The notes under the pieces: generated by a model | What the model saw: only the letters and a program-made list of their open reading frames with translations | Database searches by the model: none | What the model was told of the DNA's origin: nothing | Position numbers and translations under genes: made by a program | Shown: piece after piece, positions 44,246 to 53,223 of the stretch | Layout: every line of letters begins with the position of its first letter | How positions within the stretch are numbered: the first letter of the stretch is position 1 | IMG/VR virus record: IMGVR_UViG_3300024952_000001 | Span: 1-53,223 of that record | DNA: 53,223 nt | Strand: one strand, 5' to 3' | DNA from: a virus | Taxonomy: Duplodnaviria; Caudoviricetes

Positions 44246-45877
44246 CTATGCCGTGCGCCAGTTGCCTGATTTTCTGGCCTTCGGTCTATTTTGGCCAGCA
44301 ACCTTAATCAGACCCAATGCTTTAGCCTGTGCAAACTGTCTAAAGCTGTCTGCGCCCTCGCTGTTAATGTCATGCTTTGGTAACTCGCTCCATCGCTCTT
44401 GTTTCTCATTCCACTGCTTCTTGTAGTTATCCAGCCGAGTAATGCCAAGTGCGCACGATTCTTTATCAATATAAACCTCAGGCATAGCCTCGCGCGTTTG
44501 CTGGATGCCATCTTGAATGTTTGTTATGCGCGGTACAATTTCTATATTTAGAAGTCCTTTATCCTCAAACATTTCTTTGACGCTTTTGTTCTCCTCGCTC
44601 AATCTCTTATGGTCGGCGTCATGCGGCATGAAATGCTTACCCCAAATATAGTTTTTACTTTGAAGAAGCTTAACGTAATGGCCTATCGTTTCTCCATGCC
44701 CTTCTTCGTAATCAATAAATCGATACTCCATGCCAACCATCTGCATAAACCATACAGCACAGCCGTCACCATTGCCAATATCCCAAAAGGTAAACACTGG
44801 CAAATCGAGCTTTGGTATTTTTAGTATGCGGCCTTGCTTACGCATGATAGACATTTGTTTGTGATAGTAATTGCCTTCAATAGATACTTCAAAGGCCTCT
44901 TTAGGCGTACTTGGATATTCCCGATTCATCACTTCCTTTTCCCACGAAAAATCATTTTCTAAAGTCACGACATACCATGCACGCTGTTCTAAATCTATTT
45001 TTGTATTCATGAGCACTTCAATCTCATTAAAATACTCATGCTGCTTGTCAGTTATGTTCACACCATCTGGATTTATTCTGTATTCATCTGCAGCGAACCA
45101 TGGGTAGAAGTGCAATTTAAAATCTTTTCTATTTGCCTCCCTGCCAGCCTCTTCACGCTTTATAGAAGCCTGCACCTTGTCGTGGTAATCACCCTCTTTA
45201 CCTTCTGCAGTACTTTCGATAATGATGATTCCAGTTGTTGGCACAGCAGGGATTGAGCCTGTTTTAACTTCTTTTGCTTTGTCCGGGCTTTTTGCACAAA
45301 TTTTTCCGTACTCTGAAACGTGAAGCCTGTGGATTGTGCCGCCACGTAAAGATGTGGCAACGCGAACGCTTGAGTTATTGTGTGCAAACACAACTTCTGA
45401 CTTGTTTTGTGAGGCTGTTGGGAACATTGCCTTCAAAGATTCAGGCATGTTGTTATAAGCAAACATTACCTTATCTCTGAATATGATCTCAGCATTTTGT
45501 CTATCTTGAGCGATGATGCCGCAACGTGCGTTTGGATTGTATAACGCATGGTCCAGCCAAAGAATTGCAACTAATGTCGTAAACCCAAGCTGGCGAGCTT
45601 TTAGTATTAAGTTTCTATTCCACATGCGCTTCATAAAGCGCAGTTGGTGCCTATTAGGGATAAAAGGCAGCACAGTATCTTCTGTTAGCTGCTCACCGTC
45701 CTCTGACACTTCACCTTTAATGATGATTTTATAAATTTTGCCGGACGTAATCCTCCACCATGGATCCTTTAGGTTTTTAAACAGCTCTTTAATTTCAGAC
45801 TTTTGTTCGTCAGTTAAAGAATCGTCTAGCAATTCATCGTTAATACTAACTGCAGCTTCAATCATCTTGCACATCAA
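44246..45877 (-). CDS. terL: Terminase large subunit
   Basis: Walker A ILKARQLGFTT, LHVSEYG, IESTAEG, nuclease FWDIG; start may be ATG 45865. Confidence 0.95.
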   Translation of the reverse strand: MMCKMIEAAVSINDELLDDSLTDEQKSEIKELFKNLKDPWWRITSGKIYKIIIKGEVSEDGEQLTEDTVLPFIPNRHQLRFMKRMWNRNLILKARQLGFTTLVAILWLDHALYNPNARCGIIAQDRQNAEIIFRDKVMFAYNNMPESLKAMFPTASQNKSEVVFAHNNSSVRVATSLRGGTIHRLHVSEYGKICAKSPDKAKEVKTGSIPAVPTTGIIIIESTAEGKEGDYHDKVQASIKREEAGREANRKDFKLHFYPWFAADEYRINPDGVNITDKQHEYFNEIEVLMNTKIDLEQRAWYVVTLENDFSWEKEVMNREYPSTPKEAFEVSIEGNYYHKQMSIMRKQGRILKIPKLDLPVFTFWDIGNGDGCAVWFMQMVGMEYRFIDYEEGHGETIGHYVKLLQSKNYIWGKHFMPHDADHKRLSEENKSVKEMFEDKGLLNIEIVPRITNIQDGIQQTREAMPEVYIDKESCALGITRLDNYKKQWNEKQERWSELPKHDINSEGADSFRQFAQAKALGLIKVAGQNRPKARKSGNWRTA

Positions 45878-46433
45878 TCATATTTGAACTTGCAATAGGC
45901 AACGATGAACCCATTAGCTGCTGAACAAGCATTAGCATTGGGTTTGTTTTCTGCTTATTGTCCTTCTCATAAGCTCCTAAATGCTTCATGAGCCGGTCAA
46001 GTGCCGCGCCTTTTTCAACAAGCTTCACTTTCTTAAGGTAACCTACAAACACACGGTCTTTCCCTGAGCCTTCGTACTGCTCAAGAACTTCAATGCTTGA
46101 GATTGCTGCGCCTGCTTCTGGCGGCCATTCACTAATAGGCTTTACAGCACCATCATCATCAAGAATCGTGCGAATATCAAAGAAAGCCACATTCATGTTC
46201 TCTAATAGAACGCGCTCAAGGGTTAGCTGCGTCTTTTCAATTACTGGTTTTTTTAACTCCTCTAGCCTCGCTGCAATCTCGCTTCGCTTCAAAAGCATAT
46301 AAGCATTGTTATTTACAGTTTCTGGCTTCATCCTTTCGGTATTAAATGCAGACTTATACGCATCACTAGCATTACCTGTTTCAATGTAGGCGAGGCAGAA
46401 GTTTTCTTGTTTAAGAGTTAGGCCTTTAGCCAT
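45858..46433 (-). CDS. terS: Terminase small subunit
   Basis: LTLKQENFCLAYIETGNASDAYKSAF...KGAALDRLMKHLG. Confidence 0.92.
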   Translation of the reverse strand: MAKGLTLKQENFCLAYIETGNASDAYKSAFNTERMKPETVNNNAYMLLKRSEIAARLEELKKPVIEKTQLTLERVLLENMNVAFFDIRTILDDDGAVKPISEWPPEAGAAISSIEVLEQYEGSGKDRVFVGYLKKVKLVEKGAALDRLMKHLGAYEKDNKQKTNPMLMLVQQLMGSSLPIASSNMIDVQDD

Positions 46434-46654
46434 TACCGACCTCGTTTTACCGCTCTACGCTGAGCACGGTTATTCCGTTGGCGCGTAAAGCCATTGTTGA
46501 TAATTTGCGGATAGGCCTTTGATGGCTGACTTTTCTTATTGTCAGGCCATTGCCATTGATTCAAGCTGTAATCGTTCTCGTACCTTGCCACAGCCATGTT
46601 GGATGACGACAAAATAGAGATAGCAATTAATGCTGTTAGTCGCGGCGATCTCAT
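46433..46654 (-). CDS. Hypothetical protein with a basic C-terminus
   Basis: TAATG overlap with terS; NRAQRRAVKRGR. Confidence 0.6.
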   Translation of the reverse strand: MRSPRLTALIAISILSSSNMAVARYENDYSLNQWQWPDNKKSQPSKAYPQIINNGFTRQRNNRAQRRAVKRGR

Positions 46655-46656
46655 TA

Positions 46657-47037
46657 CTAAGCCCTTAGCTTTAGAAATAGATTTTGAAGGTAAACGCCGC
46701 TATCACTTGGCTCATTCCATGATTGTGCCTTGCGCTCTTCTGGGTCGTGCCTTACGCGAGATATGGGGGCTTGCTTGCCTGTGTATCGGTATAACCACAC
46801 TTTGTACGTTTGCGATGGCTTGCCGTCTGTTGGTGCTGACTTTCTAAACACTGGCTTTTCTGAACGCTCCAAGAAGTTAGCAAGAATCAACCAGGTAACT
46901 GATGCACGCACTGAACGCTCTGGAATAGTTCGCTCTGGCGTACTTAGTGCTGCAGCAATTTGATATGTGTCTAAGTTCCCCTCTGATTGTTTGATGTAAT
47001 CTAGTACGGCTTGGCGGTTTATACAGACTTGGCGCAT
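46657..47037 (-). CDS. Winged-HTH protein, candidate late regulator
   Basis: VLDYIKQSEGNLDTYQIAAAL...SVRASVTWL; positioned just before the packaging genes. Confidence 0.55.
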   Translation of the reverse strand: MRQVCINRQAVLDYIKQSEGNLDTYQIAAALSTPERTIPERSVRASVTWLILANFLERSEKPVFRKSAPTDGKPSQTYKVWLYRYTGKQAPISRVRHDPEERKAQSWNEPSDSGVYLQNLFLKLRA

Positions 47038-47046
47038 TGTTTTCCC

Positions 47047-47088
47047 TTTATTGCTATTGTTTTGTTTTATTGCTTATGCTTTATTGCT
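47047..47088 (-). repeat. Three direct repeats of AGCAATAAA
   Basis: tttattgct at 47047, 47066 and 47080 in a 63-bp intergenic gap. Confidence 0.65.
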
Positions 47089-47100
47089 TGAATCTGCTTA

Positions 47101-47781
47101 CTAAAACATACCCATCGTTGAGCCGATATGCACCTTGCCGGTCCTGCTAGGCACTCTTGGTACATGTTGCATTTTTACTGTCATCACGCCGTTCACATAC
47201 TTTGGCTTATCTTGGGGCTCATCTTTTTTGATGCGCAAATCTTTAACATCTGGCTCTCTTAAACTACCTTGGTCATACAAAGGCTCAACTGTTCTATACA
47301 GCATTAAGCGCTGGCTTTCTTGTCCTGATATTTCTTCAAGGTAGCCTGCATCACGTAAGAATCTAAAGTGAGCGTAAAATGCGTTATCTGATTGCAGGCC
47401 TATTAACAGTCTGACTTCTGCCCCTCTCTTTCCATTAGCGCAAACATCCAAAATCTTCTGCCTAATCTCTGCTGTACTTAAGTTGGTTACTTGGCCTGCT
47501 TTAATGTACTTACTTTTTCTCAGCTCGTTTTTTACGCCTGATAAGCGCTTAACAAAGTTAACCTCACGATCAGTGAGCTCTGTTTTGAGTGATTGATATA
47601 AATTGCACCATCTACCGTTTTTGCTTGTGCCACGCGAAATAGTCATTAATCCTTGCGATACGAATAGATTGCACATTTGATTTAGTTTGATGTAATCAGA
47701 TTGGTGTTCTGATTTATCTTTTGCACCTGATGGCTCTTCAAACATTCTTAGCACTTTTTCATATTTTTGCTTTTCGTTCAT
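47101..47781 (-). CDS. Hypothetical protein with winged-HTH-like segments
   Basis: RQKILDVCANGKRGAEVRLLIGL...FLRDAGYLEE. Confidence 0.6.
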   Translation of the reverse strand: MNEKQKYEKVLRMFEEPSGAKDKSEHQSDYIKLNQMCNLFVSQGLMTISRGTSKNGRWCNLYQSLKTELTDREVNFVKRLSGVKNELRKSKYIKAGQVTNLSTAEIRQKILDVCANGKRGAEVRLLIGLQSDNAFYAHFRFLRDAGYLEEISGQESQRLMLYRTVEPLYDQGSLREPDVKDLRIKKDEPQDKPKYVNGVMTVKMQHVPRVPSRTGKVHIGSTMGMF

Positions 47782-48353
47782 GCTGCTAACCTTTCTTGTT
47801 CCAACTCTTTAATCATTGATTTAAACTTTGCGATCAATTCTTTACATTCATCAATCGTGTACCGATGTATCTCATGGTTGTTTTCTATCGCTTCAAATCT
47901 TTTCATGCCTATTTTTTTTATTAAGCGAGGCCGATAATGAAATGTGTTGCCGCTTAAATGAACATTGCAGTTGTTGCTACATTGCTTGTGTATGTTGTCT
48001 AGGTTAAATCTCAAGTGTGGTGCTGCCTTCACAGTGCGGTAATGCCCTGCATCGTATTTAATGTTTGGGTTGGTCGTTCCGCAGCTAATACACGGCTCGT
48101 AAAAATCTCTTAACTTCACATACTGGTTACAGTAGCGCTCTACAATCTTTAACCACTTTGATAGCGGCCTAATCTCTACAAGCTTCTGCTTAGTTTCTTT
48201 CCGTACTCGCTTGGCCTCACTCGCTTCACGTTTAATTCGTAGATTTTCAGCATGCTTTGCAGCACAACTCCAATCACATACCGATTGCATCTGCTTCTCT
48301 GGCTGAAAGTATTCTTTGCAGGCTTTGCAGCGTTTCTTCTTAGGTGGTTTCAT
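47778..48353 (-). CDS. ninG: NinG/Rap recombination endonuclease
   Basis: CKAC..CDWSC, RD..PCISCG..DAGHYR..LRFNLDNIHKQC..CN.HLSGN. Confidence 0.92.
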   Translation of the reverse strand: MKPPKKKRCKACKEYFQPEKQMQSVCDWSCAAKHAENLRIKREASEAKRVRKETKQKLVEIRPLSKWLKIVERYCNQYVKLRDFYEPCISCGTTNPNIKYDAGHYRTVKAAPHLRFNLDNIHKQCSNNCNVHLSGNTFHYRPRLIKKIGMKRFEAIENNHEIHRYTIDECKELIAKFKSMIKELEQERLAA

Positions 48354-48594
48354 CTTTTACAAACACTTGAGTTATGCGAACAACTTGCACAATCTTTGCT
48401 GTTGAAAGCTCTTTTACGTAAGGGCTGCCTTTGTAGGTGACGTCTGTTGGCTTCTTGCAACAACTAGCGTCAGTGATTCGCGCATTATTATTCTCTGGAT
48501 CAATCCAGCCATAGCTCGTTGCTTTCCCATCTGAATAGTTAACGCCCCACGCTTTGCCGTCTTTCATGACCATTACGCCTTGTTCAATCTTCAT
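48340..48594 (-). CDS. Hypothetical protein
   Basis: Overlaps both neighbours. Confidence 0.7.
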   Translation of the reverse strand: MKIEQGVMVMKDGKAWGVNYSDGKATSYGWIDPENNNARITDASCCKKPTDVTYKGSPYVKELSTAKIVQVVRITQVFVKDETT

Positions 48595-49130
48595 AGAAAC
48601 CCCACCACCTTAGCCATCACATCATCCAACTCTTTGCGGCCTGCGTAGTTGGTGAGCACCTTTTCAAGCACTACCGTTGCTACTGCGCTATAAACCTGCT
48701 CAAACTGCACATCATCCATGCTGGCGAAGCTGATTGATTGCGCTTCTAGCCTCATATTTCCATCAAGGTCAAAGGTCTGATCGTAATAACCTGCCTGAAT
48801 CACTACATCTTTACGGAATCGCTCAAAGCTTTTTGCTACTGGCTGGCCTTTGTACTGTTTGTGTTTGCGCTCTGGGTGCCATGCCTCGAAAGCAAAGTTC
48901 AAAAGCGCAAAGAATTTGCGGTGAAACTTGCCGTTACGTGGGAATATCGCCTCAAAATCTACAATCTCACCTACTTCAAGGTTGTTGATACGCTTCCAAA
49001 ACTTGCGCCATGCTTTGTTATCCTGCTCACTTACACCGCCAAGCACGCTGAATAGGTACTGATATAGCGCCTCTTTGTGCGTTTCTGATAGCTCTACATC
49101 AGCGCGTTTGGTTATGGTGAAGTCGCTCAT
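48591..49130 (-). CDS. DUF1367-family protein
   Basis: RNGKFHRKFFALLNFAFEAW..FERFRK..AGYY..SISFASMD..FEQVY. Confidence 0.85.
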   Translation of the reverse strand: MSDFTITKRADVELSETHKEALYQYLFSVLGGVSEQDNKAWRKFWKRINNLEVGEIVDFEAIFPRNGKFHRKFFALLNFAFEAWHPERKHKQYKGQPVAKSFERFRKDVVIQAGYYDQTFDLDGNMRLEAQSISFASMDDVQFEQVYSAVATVVLEKVLTNYAGRKELDDVMAKVVGFL

Positions 49131-50098
49131 TCGCACAACCCATAAATTGAAGTGCACATAACGGCTTCACCTTGAATATCGCCAACTCTTAACAAGTCAA
49201 ACTGCTTGCCACCTCTACTTGTTTGTGACCACTGCACAACTTTGTCAATTGTTTGCATTGAAGACCATTCATGCTTTTGTTCATCGGTTAAATGAAGCAT
49301 TGATTTGTTTGGCGCTGGGAAGAATGTTGACGCGCCGCGTTTACTAGCCAACTTAACAGCTAATTCCCAATCTTGAATTCGCTCAATAACCTCTGGGAAT
49401 CGTTTGCTTATTTCTAGCAATTCGTCTTTACGGCAGTTAATGCAAGGCATGCACCCAACACGCCCCATCCCCATTTCATACAGTGGGTTGTGTTTTACGT
49501 TGTGCTTTCTGTGCATCGCAAAACAATCTTCTACAGTCCAATCTAAAATTGGTCTGTAATTCCATAGTTCAGCACCATTTTTACCTACAGACTTCAATTC
49601 ATTCTCTGGTAGATTTGCGCGCCTAATTGATTCATCGCGCCTTACACCTTGCCAGCTAATAACATCGTCACCAGCTTCAAGCAGTGGGTTTTGTACTTGA
49701 TTGATAATTGGATTGCGTTTTAACTCTTCTGAGCAAAAAGCGGCTTTACTTGATGGAAACCTGCCTTTCCAAAGGCATAAATCTAAAAATGGGTTACCTG
49801 TTGGGGTCATCGCGTTTGATGCGCGATCAATAGCCTCTTGGCTTACGCCTTTTTCTTTCCATTTGGTTAAAATGTAATCTTTTTTATGTGCAATTTGCTT
49901 TGTAAAGTCAGCCTTAACCACACGTATTGGAAACACGTTGTCCTGTAGATATTTGATGTAGTCATAAGTAATTTGATGCTCATTGCCAGTGTCGGCAAAT
50001 ACAGCTTGCAAGCCTTCTGGCTGGCGCTCTATAGCAAGTAAAAGCAATGCTGTACTATCTTTGCCGCCTGATACGCTAATTATGTTATGTTCGCTCAT
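49127..50098 (-). CDS. PAPS reductase-family (PP-loop) protein
   Basis: SVSGGKDS, FADTGNE, FCSEELK, GVRRDES, RPILDW, NPLY..RVGCMPC. Confidence 0.9.
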   Translation of the reverse strand: MSEHNIISVSGGKDSTALLLLAIERQPEGLQAVFADTGNEHQITYDYIKYLQDNVFPIRVVKADFTKQIAHKKDYILTKWKEKGVSQEAIDRASNAMTPTGNPFLDLCLWKGRFPSSKAAFCSEELKRNPIINQVQNPLLEAGDDVISWQGVRRDESIRRANLPENELKSVGKNGAELWNYRPILDWTVEDCFAMHRKHNVKHNPLYEMGMGRVGCMPCINCRKDELLEISKRFPEVIERIQDWELAVKLASKRGASTFFPAPNKSMLHLTDEQKHEWSSMQTIDKVVQWSQTSRGGKQFDLLRVGDIQGEAVMCTSIYGLCE

Positions 50099-50100
50099 AC

Positions 50101-50307
50101 CTACCACCCTAACTTTGCCGGCTCTTCTACAGCACGCTCTTTTGCCTCAAACTTAGGGCAAGCATTAGCCAGCCAAAAGTCTTTGAAGTTAGCGCGAACA
50201 GGGTTAGGCTCGAAGCGCTTGCAAAACTCACGGTCTGCGCATACGTGTGTGCCTACTGGTGATTGTCCACGGCAATTTTCGTAACTGTTGATTGGTAAAG
50301 GCTTCAT
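50101..50307 (-). CDS. Small Cys-rich protein
   Basis: CRG..VCADREFCKRF..CPKF. Confidence 0.65.
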   Translation of the reverse strand: MKPLPINSYENCRGQSPVGTHVCADREFCKRFEPNPVRANFKDFWLANACPKFEAKERAVEEPAKLGW

Positions 50308-50309
50308 GC

Positions 50310-50615
50310 TTAAGCTAACTCCGTTAATGTTGGTTGATAATCCCAATCAAACGCATCCTTTAGCGATGCCTGCTCTTCCTCAGCAAACAAATAGCTACCC
50401 TCTGGCAATGATTCATGCTCACCGTTAATGTCGTAAAACTTATCGCCAATTTGCGTAAACACATGGCCATCGATAGGCTCATACCAAGCCACTGCTTGTG
50501 GGTATAAATCAGCCAGCATCATGTAAAGCTGAAAGCATTTACCGTTGGTAAACATCACGTCTGCTTGTTTGATGTTTTTGCGCATCGCGTTTAATAAAAT
50601 GATTGGTGTAATCAT
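50310..50615 (-). CDS. Hypothetical protein
   Basis: FTNGKCFQL..HVFTQIGDKFYDING; start ATG 50615. Confidence 0.7.
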   Translation of the reverse strand: MITPIILLNAMRKNIKQADVMFTNGKCFQLYMMLADLYPQAVAWYEPIDGHVFTQIGDKFYDINGEHESLPEGSYLFAEEEQASLKDAFDWDYQPTLTELA

Positions 50616-50617
50616 GG

Positions 50618-50797
50618 TTACTTTTCTTTTGCCTGTTGAATTAACATCTTTCGTTTTTCTACTGCTTTTTCCATTCCAATTACTTTTGCATCCTCTGCCA
50701 TCCACCTATCAAGCATCGCTAGTGCATGTAGGCTGTATGAGTTCTTTAGCCAGCGCACCTTCTCTGAATCAAGGTTGAAGTCGTAAACCCCACTCAA
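50618..50797 (-). CDS. 59-aa hypothetical protein
   Basis: Hand-translated from a TTG overlapping the rep stop; fills the gap: MSGVYDFNLDSEKVRWLKNSYSLHALAMLDRW... Confidence 0.5.
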   Translation of the reverse strand: MSGVYDFNLDSEKVRWLKNSYSLHALAMLDRWMAEDAKVIGMEKAVEKRKMLIQQAKEK

Positions 50798-51813
50798 GCA
50801 GCCTTCCTTCCAAAGTCCTGATTGGCTGCGCGAATCATTTCGTTCGTAATGCCTGCGGCCTCGTAAACACGCTCTTTGAAGTAAGCAAAGTTTTCGTCTT
50901 TAAGCTGAACGATTCCCATCTCTTTTGCTTTAGCCTCAATGCCGGTTACGCTGATGTACCAAGGTTTGGTATTTGATGTGCTTTTGTTTTCACCAACAAA
51001 GATTTCATCTGACCAACGGCCTTGGTTGATGTAAGTCAATGGCGCTGGCTCAAAGCCATCTTGCCATTGCCTAGTGTTTTTCATTTGCGTTACGTGTTGG
51101 ATGATCTGGTCAGCAATCGCGTCTAGCTTCTTGGTTGCCCATTTCTTTTCACAATGATTCTTGGCTACCTTGCGAGGCGTTTTAGGCCATGCATCCCAAA
51201 ATTCTGCAAATCGTGCGGTCGAAGATCGCACAATGGGTTTAATGTTTTTAATATCTGTCTCTGTATCTGTATCCGTCTCTGTATCTGTTGGATGCTGTTT
51301 CTCATGAGACATTTGTGAGACATTAACCCCTTGTCTCATAGGACAACCTTTAACTGTCCTTTGAGACATGAACGTTTCAAAGTCAATTTCATGTTGCGCG
51401 TCATGTGGGTGTCTTTGGTTGTGCTTTCTAATGCGCGCAAGCTCTGTGCGGTGCTCTTGCTTGTACTTAGATTCCAATGCATCTAGCGCTTTTTCAGCAA
51501 TTACAGGGTGATATAGGCGGCCATCAGAGCAAAGCGTCCAGCCTCTAAGCGCACCATCTCTTACCTTCATCCACTCTTTAACCACGCGACCAAAGCCTGC
51601 AAGGTTTGCTAGCACTCTGTCATCATTTGGCAATGAAGCCGCTGGCATCTGGTGCCATGATGCGCACCAAAGCAATACAGCCGCCCAGCAAGCCTCTGGT
51701 GATTCCAATGCGGCTAAATCACTATCGCGCAACCTGACTACATCAAGCGGCATAAATGGAAAATTGCGAAGGTCGCAATCTATTGGGGTTAGTGGTTCAG
51801 GTAAGCTGCTCAT
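50794..51813 (-). CDS. Replication initiator (DUF1376/YdaU-like, lambda O analogue)
   Basis: LPEPLTPIDCDLRNFPFMPLDV..SLPNDDRVLA..DGRLYHPV; FAEFWDAWP..PAPLTYINQGRW. Confidence 0.85.
   Translation of the reverse strand: MSSLPEPLTPIDCDLRNFPFMPLDVVRLRDSDLAALESPEACWAAVLLWCASWHQMPAASLPNDDRVLANLAGFGRVVKEWMKVRDGALRGWTLCSDGRLYHPVIAEKALDALESKYKQEHRTELARIRKHNQRHPHDAQHEIDFETFMSQRTVKGCPMRQGVNVSQMSHEKQHPTDTETDTDTETDIKNIKPIVRSSTARFAEFWDAWPKTPRKVAKNHCEKKWATKKLDAIADQIIQHVTQMKNTRQWQDGFEPAPLTYINQGRWSDEIFVGENKSTSNTKPWYISVTGIEAKAKEMGIVQLKDENFAYFKERVYEAAGITNEMIRAANQDFGRKAA
51238..51368. other. Putative replication origin inside the initiator gene
   Basis: TGAGACA at 51305, 51316, 51362 and inverted at 51332; then a hexamer repeat (TDTETD) and an AT-rich stretch. 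Confidence 0.6.
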
Positions 51814-53223
51814 TACGCGACCAATCTCATCTCATCACCTTCATGGCAAACTGCAACTAACGCAGCGCCCGGATAAGGTGAAACGCTATTGCCAACCATG
51901 CGCACTTGCTCTGCTACGGTAAAAGCACGTCCATCATGGCCATGTGTGAATTTGTAGTCTTTGTCAAAGCCTTGAGCTGAATAAAGTTCTTTAGGCTTGA
52001 GCATGCGCAACTTAATATCAACAATCAGATATGGCATGCCTTGATAGATTACTGTCACCAAGGCCAAGCGGTCTTTAGTTGTAATGGTTGGCACCGGCTC
52101 ATTAACGCTACTCATGTTGTCAGTGCCGTAGTAGCTCATTAAGAAAGCTGATACACGTAAAGCTTTCTCGGTAATAGCTTCTTCATTTATCTCAAGTAGG
52201 CTGGCAGAAACAAGGCCTTGAACAGTTCTTTGTGAAATGATGGTACTTACAGGCTCACGTACATCATGGCCAAGGTTTGGTTGACCGTTGCCAGTGTTGT
52301 TGTATTGAGCAAGAAACGTTGTGACTAATGCATGACGATTCTCTGTAGTGATCGTAGGCAATGAACCTTTTAAGCCTGAGCTTCTATCATTACCAGATTC
52401 TGTTTTGTCACCGTAGTATTGCTGCAGGTGTGCCATTGCCAAAGCTTGACCACCACCGTTTGCAGTAATTGTGCCTAATGGCTCTTGGCTTGATTTAGCA
52501 CCATCGCCCCATCGTTTAGTTTTGCCGCTACCTTCGCCGTGGCCTGCTTGCACCATGATTGGTGTTGCTAAGGCAAATTCACCACCTTTGGCTGTTGTGA
52601 TGGTGTTCAATGGTTGATTAATATCATGAATACCATTTGAGCTGCTTTGTGTTACTTGAACGATGAACGGATCAGCATTATTGATAACGTACTTCATCAT
52701 GCCTTTAGCGATACGGCGCATTGTGGCCTCTGCTAATGGCTTCTTACGGTCAAATATAGATTGAGATTCAATGCTGAAATCAATGTGTTCATGCGCAGCG
52801 CTCCAACGCTTCTGACCGCGCTTAGGATTTTTAAAGTGCGTAGGTGCAGGGAATCTTACTTGCTGCCCATCATTACGCGCATGCATAAATAATCTGTCGC
52901 GCGTAGTGCCTGCACCGTAATCAGCTGCAACAAGGTTTTGGCATTTAACGTCATAGCCCATGTTGTTAAGCATTTTTATAAAACGTTGCCAAGTTTGACC
53001 TGCACGCTTAGGGTCTGGAATTAGATATTGCTTTTCGCGCGGCACAACTTCACCAGGTGAGGCAATGCGGTTAGTAACCTTGCCGTTGGCATCAGTTAAC
53101 TTGTCCAATGTAATCACGCGACCAGTTGCACTATCACGCTTTGCAATCAATGGCCCCCATTTTTGAACCTGCTTAACATTCTCAAGCGTAATTACACGAG
53201 GCTTTACTTGACCAGCCCAACGA
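51813..53223 (-). CDS. C5 DNA cytosine methyltransferase, C-terminal part
   Basis: AADYGAGTTRDRLF (motif VIII), repeated PLxTIT units, RMLKPKEL..QGF, VGNSVSP (motif X). Confidence 0.93.
   Translation of the reverse strand, partial: RWAGQVKPRVITLENVKQVQKWGPLIAKRDSATGRVITLDKLTDANGKVTNRIASPGEVVPREKQYLIPDPKRAGQTWQRFIKMLNNMGYDVKCQNLVAADYGAGTTRDRLFMHARNDGQQVRFPAPTHFKNPKRGQKRWSAAHEHIDFSIESQSIFDRKKPLAEATMRRIAKGMMKYVINNADPFIVQVTQSSSNGIHDINQPLNTITTAKGGEFALATPIMVQAGHGEGSGKTKRWGDGAKSSQEPLGTITANGGGQALAMAHLQQYYGDKTESGNDRSSGLKGSLPTITTENRHALVTTFLAQYNNTGNGQPNLGHDVREPVSTIISQRTVQGLVSASLLEINEEAITEKALRVSAFLMSYYGTDNMSSVNEPVPTITTKDRLALVTVIYQGMPYLIVDIKLRMLKPKELYSAQGFDKDYKFTHGHDGRAFTVAEQVRMVGNSVSPYPGAALVAVCHEGDEMRLVA
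53097..53223. repeat. Terminal direct repeat, copy 2
   Basis: Identical to 1-127. Confidence 0.97.

Noticed and set aside
51254-51288. Hexamer tandem repeat as a contingency locus
   Set aside because: Degenerate in-frame repeat encoding TDTETDTDTETD, typical of the linker/origin region of phage initiators
53097-53223. 127-bp terminal repeat as a biological genome end
   Set aside because: It falls inside the MTase gene and its length matches a common assembler k-mer, so it is best read as a circularisation overlap

Overview
A complete, circularly permuted temperate phage genome of about 53,096 bp. Positions 1-127 repeat exactly at 53097-53223 (assembly overlap), and a C5 DNA methyltransferase gene runs across that join. 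The early region is lambdoid: divergent cro and cI (S24 peptidase) with a shared 14-bp operator at PR and PL, accessory genes between cI and PL, RecT plus YqaJ recombination genes, many small nin-like ORFs, xis, a tyrosine integrase and an intact attP whose core looks like a tRNA 3' end. The minus-strand late module is short-tailed (podovirus-like): terminase, P22-like portal, scaffold, N4-gp56-type capsid, adaptors, fibres, an M23/holin/spanin lysis cassette, a GNAT, and three probable ejection proteins including a 3359-aa polyvalent protein. The host is probably a proteobacterium, possibly a betaproteobacterium (inference only). The most unusual signals are: (1) a cluster of structured RNAs around a tRNA-CAU at 8.56-9.04 kb, plus a stand-alone antisense tRNA-like RNA at 44.1-44.2 kb, two of which end in ACCA; (2) two small SD-led ORFs nested in the +1 frame of the giant gene; (3) a repeated AAATGCAATTA(T) motif ahead of late transcription units; (4) an envelope-targeted gene trio and an atypical IrrE/ImmA-like gene pair in the immunity region. 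All family assignments come from motif recognition by eye; no searches were run.
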